DNA of 64,000 nucleotides from a bacterium (GCA_965218795.1 OZ244653.1:2016001-2080000); one strand, 5' to 3'; positions 1 through 9,759 are shown, counted from the first letter of the stretch. Program-made: numbers and translations. Notes: generated by a model from the letters alone, not told the origin.

Positions 1-1039
1 TGTCCTTGCTCTGCAGACCGAAGCCTTTTCCGACGCCGTACACGAGCGGCTCGATTCCCAAAACCATGCCAGCCTCCAGCCGGCTGTCGGAATACTTTCC
101 GAGATAAGGCTCTTCGTGCAGATGCAGCCCGATACCGTGTCCGACAAACGAAATGGGAGGGAGACCCAACTCCGCGAACTTGACGAGGAACGCTTCATAG
201 ATCTCTTGCGTGCCGGCCCCCGGCTTGATCATGTCGATCACGAGATACTTGCATTCGATCAGGAGACGCCAGATATCCAGGGCCTCTTGCGAGGCCTTCC
301 GGACAACCGCAGTCCGGCAAACGGCGGCGTGATACCCGGCGATGACCCCAAAGATTTCCACCCGGCAGAGGTCTCCGGGCTTCAGGACCCGATGCGACGG
401 ACCCACGTTGGGATATTCGCTTCGCTCCCCGGTCGCAATGATCATCAACTTGAACTGCTCCGCGCCCCGAGCGTAAATGCCCCGGGTCAACGCCCCGGCC
501 AGATCCATTTCCGTCATCCCGGCCTTCACAGAGCGGAGCGCCTCGCCGATGGCCTGATCGGTGATCCGCGACAGGTTGCGAATCAATTCGATCTCCCCCG
601 GCGACTTGAGCTGGCGCAGGCGGTCATAGATACCGTCGGCGCCCTTGAATCCGGCGTTGGGCAAAAGGACCCTCAGCTCCTCGAAATCGCCGGCGGGCAG
701 ATAGGCCATCTCGATCCCGACGGCGCTCTCGCTAAGGCCCATATCCTTAAGCAAAACGGCAAAACACTCCATCGCGGAATCGGTGAACTCCCCCCACACC
801 CGAATCTCCACATCGCCGGCATGCATCCGGACCGTGCTCTCCTCCATGTCCACAGTCAGAATGGCCTCACGTCCATCCCGCGTGACGACCGCCATTGCAT
901 GACGCCACCGCATCAACGGCTGAGAGGGTACAACGAATCCTGTCGTGTAGGCGAAGTTCTCCGGAGAGACAGCGACCATGGCCTCCAGACTCGCATCGGC
1001 CATCGCCTCCTGCTGACGCTTGACGACCTCTTTTCTCAC
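1..1039 (-). CDS. M24 family (Xaa-Pro peptidase/creatinase-like) hydrolase, runs off the window edge
   Basis: Absent from the ORF track; my manual translation from GTG 1039 (GAGG upstream) reads MRKEVVKRQQEAM...SPENFAYTTGF...RQLKSPGEIE...GHGIGLHLHEEP...GMVLGIEP, an open frame to base 1. Confidence 0.85.
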   Translation of the reverse strand, partial: MRKEVVKRQQEAMADASLEAMVAVSPENFAYTTGFVVPSQPLMRWRHAMAVVTRDGREAILTVDMEESTVRMHAGDVEIRVWGEFTDSAMECFAVLLKDMGLSESAVGIEMAYLPAGDFEELRVLLPNAGFKGADGIYDRLRQLKSPGEIELIRNLSRITDQAIGEALRSVKAGMTEMDLAGALTRGIYARGAEQFKLMIIATGERSEYPNVGPSHRVLKPGDLCRVEIFGVIAGYHAAVCRTAVVRKASQEALDIWRLLIECKYLVIDMIKPGAGTQEIYEAFLVKFAELGLPPISFVGHGIGLHLHEEPYLGKYSDSRLEAGMVLGIEPLVYGVGKGFGLQSKD

Positions 1040-1056
1040 GGCGTCACCTCGGTCTC

Positions 1057-2145
1057 TCAACTCACAGCGGCCGCCAGCTCTTCGGGCGACATGCCGTCCA
1101 GCCCCATTCGGGAAAGATTGAGGCCGGTCACCCGATAATCGGTGTCCATGGCGATGGAAGCCAGGGTGATCATGCTGTCCATCGCAGGCGTGGGGACGCC
1201 GACGAGCCGCCCGAACTCGGACATCGGGACCAGTCCGTACCCGGTGTCTTCGTGAATGTAACGATGATCCAGGGAAGGTGGCGACTTGATGGTCTTGTTC
1301 GGTTCGCTGTTCAGCATGGCCTGATAGACGGAACGCGTCTGCCTCGCCTCCTCGGTCGTCAGGCCCGCCTCGCAAAAGTAATCGATGAACGGCGGAACGT
1401 TCAGGCCAAGCCGCGCAACGATCTCCAATCGCTCGGCGTCCACCGCCTCGATGACCTTGGCGACCGAGGGGGTGATCGACTCCTTGTAAAAAAGCAGGTC
1501 GCCTCCGGTGAACTCGATCCAACCCACGTTCATCAGCATGCCGGGCGGATGGATCACGGCGTTGATGTTGATCAGACCTGTCTCCAGAACGTTCGATGCC
1601 GATCTGAGATTCGGAAAGAGCGGATGCAGGAGATCGATCAGTTCGCCGGTCCGGGATGCCGGCAGGGCGGCGAACCGCAGATTTGCCGTTTCCCGGTAAA
1701 CACCGACCGTCGAAGCACCCTCCATGCGGCAGATATACGTCAATGTGACGGATTCGCAAAGAGGGACGCTCGATCCATGGGCGGCGCGAAGCGAGGCCTG
1801 GAAGTGAAGACCCCCACCGGTATGCCCTGGGTTTAGGTAGACAACTTGATCAGGCTTCAGGAGAGGCGCCAGAGCGCGAGCGTATCCTTCATGGGCGACC
1901 GAAGGGACGGCCAACATGATCAGGTCCGCGCCGGTCGCGACCTCCGTCAAATCAGCGGAAACGACCGCGGGAATTTCCGTTCCGTCATAAGCCCCCTGGA
2001 CCGTAATCCCCCCCCGAAGGGAGGCCAGACGCTCCTCGGAGCGGCTGTGCAAACGGACCTCGTATCCTTTCAGGGTCAGAATCACGGCCGCTGCCGCGCC
2101 TCCGTGACCGGCCCCCAAAACAGCGACGGATCGAATCTCACTCAT
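1057..2145 (-). CDS. NAD/NADP octopine/nopaline (opine) dehydrogenase family protein
   Basis: Likely start MSEIRSVAVLGAGHGG (Rossmann motif) at 2145, right after the upstream gene's stop; NAVIHPPGMLMN and HRYIHEDTGYGLVP motifs. Confidence 0.88.
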   Translation of the reverse strand: MSEIRSVAVLGAGHGGAAAAVILTLKGYEVRLHSRSEERLASLRGGITVQGAYDGTEIPAVVSADLTEVATGADLIMLAVPSVAHEGYARALAPLLKPDQVVYLNPGHTGGGLHFQASLRAAHGSSVPLCESVTLTYICRMEGASTVGVYRETANLRFAALPASRTGELIDLLHPLFPNLRSASNVLETGLININAVIHPPGMLMNVGWIEFTGGDLLFYKESITPSVAKVIEAVDAERLEIVARLGLNVPPFIDYFCEAGLTTEEARQTRSVYQAMLNSEPNKTIKSPPSLDHRYIHEDTGYGLVPMSEFGRLVGVPTPAMDSMITLASIAMDTDYRVTGLNLSRMGLDGMSPEELAAAVS

Positions 2146-2146
2146 T

Positions 2147-3307
2147 TCATTCCACCCTGTATTTGCCGATCTTCCCCTCGTCCACGTCGATTCCCATTCC
2201 GGGCCCTTCCGGAACAGCGATGGAGCCGTCTTCAAAGACCATCGGCGCCTCGATGAGATCATCCGTGTAATAGATTCCGGCCACCTGGCCCCGTTGCGCC
2301 TCGGCCGGCGTCGAAACCGGCACGACACACGAGAGGGTGACGGCGGGAGCCGCGGCCGCCAGGTGAAGGTTGGCCAGATTACCGACGCCCGTCTCCACCG
2401 ATCCGTTGAGGTTGCAGGGAAATCCCGCCGCGCGGGCCACGGCGGCCACCTCCAAGCCCGGATGCAAGCCCCCGGGCTTGGTCGTATAGATGGAAATGAT
2501 ATCAGCCGCACGACGCTCGAAAATCTCCAAGACGTCCTGCGGGGTCCAGGCGCTTTCATCCGCCATGACAGGGGTATCGAGGGCTTTGGCGACCTCGGCG
2601 ATGCGGAGAAGTCCCTCGACGGGCTGCTCGGCGTATTTGAGCCGGCAGGGTTCCATGGCTTTGAGGGTTTGGAGGGCTTCCCCGGGACTCGAATAACCCT
2701 GGTTGGCGTCGACGCATAGCTCTGTTTCGTCGCCCACGGCCTCTCGAACCCGGTGGACGAGCTCGATGTCGCGCCGAGGCTCGACGCCGACTTTGAGCTT
2801 GATGGTCCGGATCCCTTCCCGCACCACCTGCCGACACTCGGCAACCGCTTCATCCATTGGCAGAAGACCGATGGAATGCGTCACGGGAATCCTGTCCCTG
2901 ACCTTGCCTCCGAGCAGCTGATATACGGGTACGCCCAGGGAGCGACCCGCGAGGTCATATGCGGCCATCTCGACACAGGCCTTGGCATAAGGATACCCGC
3001 GAACCGCGTTGTCCATGCGTTGGTGAAGGCCGGCGATGTTCTCCGCGTCTCTTTCCATGACTGCCGGGGCCAGATAATTTTCAACGACATATTTCGTCGT
3101 ACCGGCCGACTCGCCGAAGTAACGTCCGTAGTCCCCCGCCCAGTCCTTGAGCGCGGGGGACTCTCCCCACCCGATTGTGCCGTCATCACCCGTCATCTTG
3201 ACCAGTAGATAGCCACCGATGGTCCCCTCCTTCAATCCCTGCCATTTGTGAACACGCCGGGTGGGAAGGGCTACGTGTATCGTTTCAATCCGTTGAATTT
3301 GCACCAT
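2147..3307 (-). CDS. Enolase-superfamily enzyme, muconate cycloisomerase/mandelate racemase subgroup
   Basis: GWGES, KLKVG, DANQ, EQP, DES metal-binding motifs, PEGPGMGI C-terminus. Confidence 0.9.
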   Translation of the reverse strand: MVQIQRIETIHVALPTRRVHKWQGLKEGTIGGYLLVKMTGDDGTIGWGESPALKDWAGDYGRYFGESAGTTKYVVENYLAPAVMERDAENIAGLHQRMDNAVRGYPYAKACVEMAAYDLAGRSLGVPVYQLLGGKVRDRIPVTHSIGLLPMDEAVAECRQVVREGIRTIKLKVGVEPRRDIELVHRVREAVGDETELCVDANQGYSSPGEALQTLKAMEPCRLKYAEQPVEGLLRIAEVAKALDTPVMADESAWTPQDVLEIFERRAADIISIYTTKPGGLHPGLEVAAVARAAGFPCNLNGSVETGVGNLANLHLAAAAPAVTLSCVVPVSTPAEAQRGQVAGIYYTDDLIEAPMVFEDGSIAVPEGPGMGIDVDEGKIGKYRVE

Positions 3308-3464
3308 GTGGATGATCCGTTCGGGAAAGTTATCCTTTCCTCATTCAGGAGACGACGGACCCGGCTTGAGCGGGATTCAATCGGTCCGCGGCCGGCGGAC
3401 GTCAAACGTACAATTCGAGATTAACCAATCCCCGGCAACAGTGTCAAAACGAACGCCTGGCCGG

Positions 3465-5180
3465 TCAATCCCCCACGGCGGCTGGTTCGCAAACCATCTC
3501 TCCGTCTTCCCCCCGGTACAGGCAGGTCAACCGCTCCCATTCGGGGTACGTATCCGGGTGATCCAGTCTGTAATGCGCCCCCCGGCTTTCGTTTCGCAAT
3601 AATGCGGAAGATGCCACCATCCGGCCCACCAAACCCAGATTACGGGTCTCAATGGCCCACCGGACAGCCTGAAATCGGGCCGACGGGCCCATCGAATTCA
3701 ACTCGCACTCCGGCGCGAGAGTCATTTGATTCGATATCAATTCCTGGATTTCATCCAATTTGCCCAACGCCGTTTCCAATCCCGGCCCCTCACGGATGAC
3801 GCTCATCTCCGCCTGGGCCAGATCGCGGATCCGTTCTCTCAGATCCTCAACGGGCATTCCCTTCCTTCGGTCCCATACGGAGGCAAGCCACTCCACTCCC
3901 TCTATCCCCTGATCGGCCGCGGTGTGCCCGGGCGCATCCAACGTCCGGGCGCGTTCGGCCGCCGCCTTTCCCGCCCGCCAGCCGAAGACCATAGCGGCCG
4001 AGAGCGCGCTTCCGCCGATACGGTTGGCGCCGTGGATACCGCTGGCGTTGTCCCCGGCCGCAAACAGACCGGGGATATTCGTTTCTCCGTTGATATCGAT
4101 TCGGGCCCCTCCCAGCCAGGTGTGGGAGCCGGGCGCCAATTCCTGCGGCTGTTTCGTCAAGTCGATACCCTGGTTCCTGTACTGGCGATAGATATGGGGC
4201 GCGTACTTGAGAATCCTCTCCAGCGGAAGGTGAGTACTGTCCAGGAGCACCCCCCCCGCTTCGGTCCCTCTCCCCTCCCGGATTTCCATGGCCATAGCGC
4301 GGCAAACCTCCGCGCGGCTCGCCTGTTCCGCCGTTCCAGGAAAATAGCGTTCCATGAAGGCCTCGCCCCCGGAATTCCTGAAAACGCCACCCATGATGAT
4401 GAAGCCCGTCGGGTGCGGCGCAAACCCCCTCATCTTCTCGGGTGCGACGCAGAGGGGCTGGAAATCGACCATCTCGAGGTTGGACAGCCTTACGCCCGCG
4501 CGATAAGCCGCCGCGTACCCATCTCCGGTGATGAGGGGCGGATTGTCGTGAACGTGATAGAGAGCTGAACCCCCGCCCGCCGCAAGGACCACGGCTGCGG
4601 AGTCGACAATCCACCACTCACCCCGGTCGTAGTTCCATAGCAAAGCTCCGGTGCAGGCATCGTCGGAAACGATCAAATCCAATAAGCAGGCCTGCTCGAG
4701 ACGCTCGATCCCGGTCGTCCTTTTCACTTTCGAAGAGAGGCACTTCATCACCGCGACGCCGGTGTGGTCGCGATTGTGCAGGGCCCGCGGATAGGTGTTT
4801 TTCGGCATCTCCTTCTGCTGAAAATCGCCACCCTCCCGTACAAGCTCCAGCGCCCAAGACTCCATGTCTCTGACGAGAGGAACGATGTCTCGGGTCCAGA
4901 CCCCGGTGAGCTTGCGGCTGTTGAGTCCGCCGCCGTTCCGTAGAACGTCTTCCGCGTGGCCCTCGGGACTATCGCGAGCATCGCGAATCGCCAACGCCGC
5001 GCCGAATCCTCCACGGGCCATTCCGGATACGCCGCTCGGTACGCGGCCCTTGGTCGCCAGAAGCACGTTCGCACCGGCCAGGGCGGAGGAAATGCCCGCC
5101 AGACACCCCGCGGCTCCGCCTCCGATGACGAGCACGTCCACTCGCCTCCGGATCATCGGCTGCTCAAACAGGGTCGACAT
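3465..5180 (-). CDS. FAD-dependent oxidoreductase, SdhA/FrdA/NadB flavoprotein family
   Basis: DVLVIGGGAAG, TGDGYA, GLFAAGD, HGANRIGG, RNESRGAHYRLDHP. Confidence 0.88.
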   Translation of the reverse strand: MSTLFEQPMIRRRVDVLVIGGGAAGCLAGISSALAGANVLLATKGRVPSGVSGMARGGFGAALAIRDARDSPEGHAEDVLRNGGGLNSRKLTGVWTRDIVPLVRDMESWALELVREGGDFQQKEMPKNTYPRALHNRDHTGVAVMKCLSSKVKRTTGIERLEQACLLDLIVSDDACTGALLWNYDRGEWWIVDSAAVVLAAGGGSALYHVHDNPPLITGDGYAAAYRAGVRLSNLEMVDFQPLCVAPEKMRGFAPHPTGFIIMGGVFRNSGGEAFMERYFPGTAEQASRAEVCRAMAMEIREGRGTEAGGVLLDSTHLPLERILKYAPHIYRQYRNQGIDLTKQPQELAPGSHTWLGGARIDINGETNIPGLFAAGDNASGIHGANRIGGSALSAAMVFGWRAGKAAAERARTLDAPGHTAADQGIEGVEWLASVWDRRKGMPVEDLRERIRDLAQAEMSVIREGPGLETALGKLDEIQELISNQMTLAPECELNSMGPSARFQAVRWAIETRNLGLVGRMVASSALLRNESRGAHYRLDHPDTYPEWERLTCLYRGEDGEMVCEPAAVGD

Positions 5181-5182
5181 CT

Positions 5183-6445
5183 TTAACGGTTCACCCGGAT
5201 CTCTTGGAAAAGCAGGGTCGCGTGTTCAACCAGAGATTCCGCAAAGGAGGGGGCGTTGATGTGAGCGTCCACCTCGTGGATTCGTCCCACGTGAAGCTCA
5301 GCCGTCAATGCTTCCACAAAGGCCCGGTCCGCCTCGGAGTCGTGCCAAGCAGCTTTCGGGCTCCCTTGATAGGGAGAGACCTCCGGACCACCCGCGCGGT
5401 CCAGCAGCGAAAACCCGCGCATCGGGATAACGACCTCCACGGGACCGCGGGACGTGTTCAGTTTTCGGGCCATCAAGCTCCCGAGCCTGCGGAACTCATC
5501 CGCACTGGCCCGCATCAAAACGATGTCCGCGTTGTAGTGGTGAAGAATGCGCTTCCCATACTTCGCCACCGGGAATTCCTTCACCCAAAAATTCACGAGA
5601 TCCAAGGCACCCGGAACCACAATCTGGGGAAGACCGGCCAACCCTGCGGCCTCCAGCCTGGCGGGTCCCGCCGAAAAACTCGCGCCCAACATCTCGTCGG
5701 TGAGCTCACTGGTCGTCAGATCGATGACTCCATCAAAGACCCGTCGTGCGGCCAGGTCTTCCAGCGCGCGGCCACCCGGCCCGCTGGCATGAAAAAGCAT
5801 CACCTCATAACTCCGAGCTTCCAATCTCGATTTCGTCGCGTCCACACATGGCTGGGTCACACCAAAAGAAGTCATTGCCACCAGTGGTCTCGATACTGAA
5901 TCCGGCTCCCTTCTGATTCTGGCCATTCCCACGACAGCGCCGACAGCAGACGCAAAAATCCTTCGCGTCACCCGGTTCAGGGACAAATCGCCAACCGAAG
6001 AGATCATGGCGATGTCGCTGGCGCCTATGTAATGGGATACCTGACCGGACGCCATGGCTGAAACCATGACCTTCGGGAACCCGAAAGGAAGCGCACGCAT
6101 GACGCCGGTCGCCATCGTTGTTCCATTGGCGCCGCCCAAACCCAGGATTCCCTGAACTTCGTCCTTTTCCACCCATTCCCCAACAATTCTTGACGCGCCC
6201 TCAATCATCACCTTTGCAGCGTCCTGCCGGCCGAGGCCGTGTAAGGCGTCCAGACTTGCGCCGGCCCGTTCGGCAATCTCTTTCGGGAGGACATCCGCCT
6301 CTCCGGTTCCGTCACCCCGCAGACTCACATCCAACACCCTGACCTTTGCGCCCCCCTCCTCCAGGAGCGAGCGGACATAGGCATACTCGGGCATCTTCGT
6401 GTCAAGGGTTCCAATCAAAACAATCACGCCTTGCCCAGGACCCAC
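5183..6445 (-). CDS. Tm-1-like ATP-binding domain protein (UPF0261)
   Basis: IGTLDTK, MRALPFGFPKVMVS, FHASGPGG, PGALDLVNF, DAHINAPSF; GAGGAG RBS before GTG 6445 (start uncertain). Confidence 0.88.
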   Translation of the reverse strand: MGPGQGVIVLIGTLDTKMPEYAYVRSLLEEGGAKVRVLDVSLRGDGTGEADVLPKEIAERAGASLDALHGLGRQDAAKVMIEGASRIVGEWVEKDEVQGILGLGGANGTTMATGVMRALPFGFPKVMVSAMASGQVSHYIGASDIAMISSVGDLSLNRVTRRIFASAVGAVVGMARIRREPDSVSRPLVAMTSFGVTQPCVDATKSRLEARSYEVMLFHASGPGGRALEDLAARRVFDGVIDLTTSELTDEMLGASFSAGPARLEAAGLAGLPQIVVPGALDLVNFWVKEFPVAKYGKRILHHYNADIVLMRASADEFRRLGSLMARKLNTSRGPVEVVIPMRGFSLLDRAGGPEVSPYQGSPKAAWHDSEADRAFVEALTAELHVGRIHEVDAHINAPSFAESLVEHATLLFQEIRVNR

Positions 6446-7070
6446 TGAATTGATTTCTCCTCGCATCCTTTCAAACGAGAGGGATACGGAATCTTGAGCA
6501 GGACGGAAGCTATCGTGCCTCCAAACCTCTGACCTCAAATTCACCAGATGCCGTTGAGGCTACTCAAACGCCCGGTCCTTCGTCAAACGCACGCCCATCA
6601 CCCCCGCCCCTTCTCTCCTCCCCCGCGAACGGCGGACGAGGGATGGAACGTTCGATCCAGAAATCATGAAAATCAGGACACCGTTTCGCCCTCACAACGC
6701 CCGACCCAATTATCAACAAGAAGAAAGACGGCGCCCTCTGAAGGCGGCAGAGCAGGCCTGTTTCGAAAGAAGATGACTTTTTGCGACAGGCAATAGGGAT
6801 TGGATGAAAGCCGTTGAAACTTTTTTGCAACTGAATCATACTGTTGCGGGAGTCGGACTGCGCTGGGCACAGGGAAGTCGTTGGCGGGTTCCGGGTCCCC
6901 CCGGAACTTGGAATCAATAGTCCCTTTTCCATGGCCGGCTTCTTTCTTTACCTTGAGAGCCATCCGTCTGCCCTCTCCAAATCCCTTTTCGAGAATCCTT
7001 GGAGCGGCAGGACTGTCGCGACCGTTGGGGAAAATCGGGTCTGGCAACCATTCCCATAAAGACTCCTTCC

Positions 7071-7745
7071 ATGTCCGATCGGAAAGCAGAGGAACCATCC
7101 TGGCTGGACCTCATTGTATCGATGTTCCACCGTTTGAATCAGGATCACTTTCATTCTTCCATCCCGCTTCCGAAGTTCCGACTGAGCCGGAGGATGACAA
7201 CCAGCGCAGGATCCGTTCTCTATGGGACGAACCGCCACACGATGACAATCTCCATCCCTTACCACGACCATTTCGGCTGGGGGGAAGAGTTGGTCTCCAC
7301 TCTGAAACACGAGATGATTCACTTATACCTCGAGAGAAATCACGGAATCCGCGGGCACGGGAGTCTGTTCTCAAAGTATTGCAAAATGCTCGGGACCGAA
7401 CGCTTTTGCAGAACCCGCCCGGAGAGAGGTCCCGTTTATCTATACACCTGTCCCCATTGCGATGCGGAGTACACATATCGGCGAAAGGTCAGGCTTTATT
7501 GCGGACATTGCCACCGGAAGGGAGGCTTCATCGCTCGACGCCTTCGCCTGACAAGCACGGTCCATCCATCGACGGAAGCGGCGGAAGCAGGCCAACCTGC
7601 ACCCAGTCTCACCAATTTGACGCCTCGAAGGGGCAAACAGTTGTTTCTACCCGGACTGGAAGTTTATCTTCCCATCCAGCAAGCAGCCCGAGACCGAAAA
7701 GAGCGGTCCTTCGATGACCGGGTTGCATCGACGCCCGAAGAATGA
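7071..7745 (+). CDS. SprT-like zinc metalloprotease
   Basis: SRRMTTSAG, TLKHEMIH (HExxH), GHG, CPHC...CGHC zinc ribbon; start uncertain (ORF open from 6999). Confidence 0.85.
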   Translation: MSDRKAEEPSWLDLIVSMFHRLNQDHFHSSIPLPKFRLSRRMTTSAGSVLYGTNRHTMTISIPYHDHFGWGEELVSTLKHEMIHLYLERNHGIRGHGSLFSKYCKMLGTERFCRTRPERGPVYLYTCPHCDAEYTYRRKVRLYCGHCHRKGGFIARRLRLTSTVHPSTEAAEAGQPAPSLTNLTPRRGKQLFLPGLEVYLPIQQAARDRKERSFDDRVASTPEE

Positions 7746-7808
7746 AGGCGATCCAGTGTCTGCATTGACCCATTCTGTCCTAAGTCGCCCCTCCCGCACC
7801 CCTAACGC

Positions 7809-8261
7809 TTGAGTCCTCTTCTGAACCCGAAAGAAGAGAAGTTCCTGAAGTCGGCTCGCGTCGCCCGTCTCGCGACGGCCGATGCGGAAGGCCGACCGTC
7901 AGTGGTGCCCGTTGTGTTCGTCCTGGAGCGAGGGGAGATCTACGTACCCATCGACGGCAAACCGAAGAAGGACCCCCGCAGGCTCCGGCGGCTCCGAAAC
8001 ATCCGGGAAAATCCGATCATCGGTTTCCTTGTGGATCGTTATGATGAAGACTGGTCGAAGCTGGCGTTCCTGCACATTCGGGGAAAGGCGAGCATCCTGA
8101 CTGAGACGGGGGCCACACCCGCGGAAAGAGACGAACTCGAGCGCTGCGATCGGCACTTCAGAAAAAAGTATGCCCAGTATGAAACGGTCCCCCTCGGAGA
8201 GCCGGAGAGGGTCATGATCCGCATTACGCCCCAAAGCTCCACCTTCTGGGAAAACCCGTGA
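7809..8261 (+). CDS. PPOX-class (Rv0121-like) putative F420-dependent oxidoreductase
   Basis: RVARLATADAEGRPSVVPVVF, DGKPK, LRRLRNIRENP, VDRYDEDWSKL. Confidence 0.85.
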   Translation: MSPLLNPKEEKFLKSARVARLATADAEGRPSVVPVVFVLERGEIYVPIDGKPKKDPRRLRRLRNIRENPIIGFLVDRYDEDWSKLAFLHIRGKASILTETGATPAERDELERCDRHFRKKYAQYETVPLGEPERVMIRITPQSSTFWENP

Positions 8262-9379
8262 AACAAAAGCTTCTTGAATGGTTGGGCGGCCCCTCCAGGA
8301 ACTTGCCTCCACCTTCTATCGGGGTGGCCGGGGCACCCGGCTCCATGGAACCCGATTTGATTGATGCGCTGAGCCATCTTCAGCAATTGGGCAGGATCGA
8401 GCTGGCGGGTCGGTGGGGCCCGAGACATGATCGCCGCGGGGAGCCGTCCGGGTCCCTCCCGATTCCTCCGGAGGCTGTATTCTCCGACCTGGAAGAGTTC
8501 CTCGCCGCGAAAATTTCGCCCTCGGGGAAAACATTCGATGCGATATTCGTCACAGGAGAATTCGATCAGCGATCTGAATGTATTCAACGGGCCCTCTTCC
8601 TCAAGTTTCACGTATTGACCGATCCGCCTTTGGCGGCAAATGCCGCGGAGGGAGCCGCCCTGATCGAATGCGCAAGCGCCGCAGGGGCTCATCTCGGCGT
8701 GCTTCACAAGGAGAGATACCGGGGAGTGTATGCCGAGCCTCTGGGAGCCGTTCGGACCGGTCTCCTGGGGGGAATTCTATTCGTCCGTCTCGAGCGTCCA
8801 CAGGAACGGGATGAACCACACATCGCCGACAGAATCAACCCGCTGACGACCCTGTACGATGACCTTTATCTGGCTCGCGCCTGCGCGAGTTCCCCGGTGA
8901 CTTCTATCCACGCCAGGGCGGAAGAACGGAGGGACCGAGGCGGACGCGTCGCGTACCATCTGGTGCAACTGCACCACGCAGGCGGAGGAAACTCTACCAT
9001 TCAGCGATTGGAAGCCGTCCGGCCACCCGATGTGGGAATCGAGGTTCACGGCACGAAAGGGAGCCTTCGCATCCGCAGGCCGGATAACGTCTGGCTTCAC
9101 TGGGAAGGGGAAGCAGGGAGGAGCGGAGCGGAAGGGACGCGCAAAGAGCCGGAGCTGGAAATCCTCAGGGGAGGTCAGACATTGGAAGCGCTCTCATCGG
9201 ATTCCAACGCCCGACCTTTCGCCCGGGCGCTCGACGACGCCTTTGCCTCCTTCCAGCGGGATCTCCCATCCCCTGTGGACGGCCGGGAAGCCTGGCACAA
9301 CCTGAAGGCGCTGGACGCGGCACAAGAATCGGTTCGAACCGGCGAGGTCGTTCGGGTGGAAATCCCCTTTCCGCGATAA
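8258..9379 (+). CDS. Divergent Gfo/Idh/MocA-family oxidoreductase
   Basis: HVLTDPPLA (degenerate EKP motif), EVHGTKGSL, family-like C-terminus SPVDGREA...LDAAQESVRTGEVV; GTGA overlap with upstream gene. Confidence 0.65.
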   Translation: MKQKLLEWLGGPSRNLPPPSIGVAGAPGSMEPDLIDALSHLQQLGRIELAGRWGPRHDRRGEPSGSLPIPPEAVFSDLEEFLAAKISPSGKTFDAIFVTGEFDQRSECIQRALFLKFHVLTDPPLAANAAEGAALIECASAAGAHLGVLHKERYRGVYAEPLGAVRTGLLGGILFVRLERPQERDEPHIADRINPLTTLYDDLYLARACASSPVTSIHARAEERRDRGGRVAYHLVQLHHAGGGNSTIQRLEAVRPPDVGIEVHGTKGSLRIRRPDNVWLHWEGEAGRSGAEGTRKEPELEILRGGQTLEALSSDSNARPFARALDDAFASFQRDLPSPVDGREAWHNLKALDAAQESVRTGEVVRVEIPFPR

Positions 9380-9390
9380 CCCGTCTTCAG

Positions 9391-9759
9391 TCACCCGGAA
9401 CTTCCTTCGATCTGCGTATAAAACAACAGAAGATCGCTCTCACCCGCGGAGAAATCGTGGGGGGTTCCGGCGGGCAGATGCAAAAACATACCAGGGACCA
9501 CTGTTCGGGCCTCGCCGGAAACAGTCAGGGAACCATCTCCGCCCATCACATGGACCATGACGTCCAAATCCGTATGCGTTATCTCCTTCGAGGGTCCGGG
9601 CTCGCTTCCCGTCTCTCCCTGACGGCGGAATTGAACGACACCGGCCCGGTATCCCGGACGGTCCACCAGAACCCGGTGATCGATATCACCGCCCGTCCGC
9701 TCCAAACGCCCCGCTTCATCCTGGAGATGAAAGATCTCCACCGTTTTCATATCCTTCAT
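9391..9759 (-). CDS. Cupin domain protein
   Basis: HTDLDVMVHVMGGDGSL...PGMFLHLPAGTPHDF. Confidence 0.75.
   Translation of the reverse strand: MKDMKTVEIFHLQDEAGRLERTGGDIDHRVLVDRPGYRAGVVQFRRQGETGSEPGPSKEITHTDLDVMVHVMGGDGSLTVSGEARTVVPGMFLHLPAGTPHDFSAGESDLLLFYTQIEGSSG

Noticed and set aside
116-1138. 340-aa plus-strand ORF
   Set aside because: Antisense shadow of the minus-strand M24 gene
2146-2853. N-terminal 236 aa of the 598-aa ORF as a fusion domain
   Set aside because: Alternative frame overlapping the enolase gene; the real start is 2145
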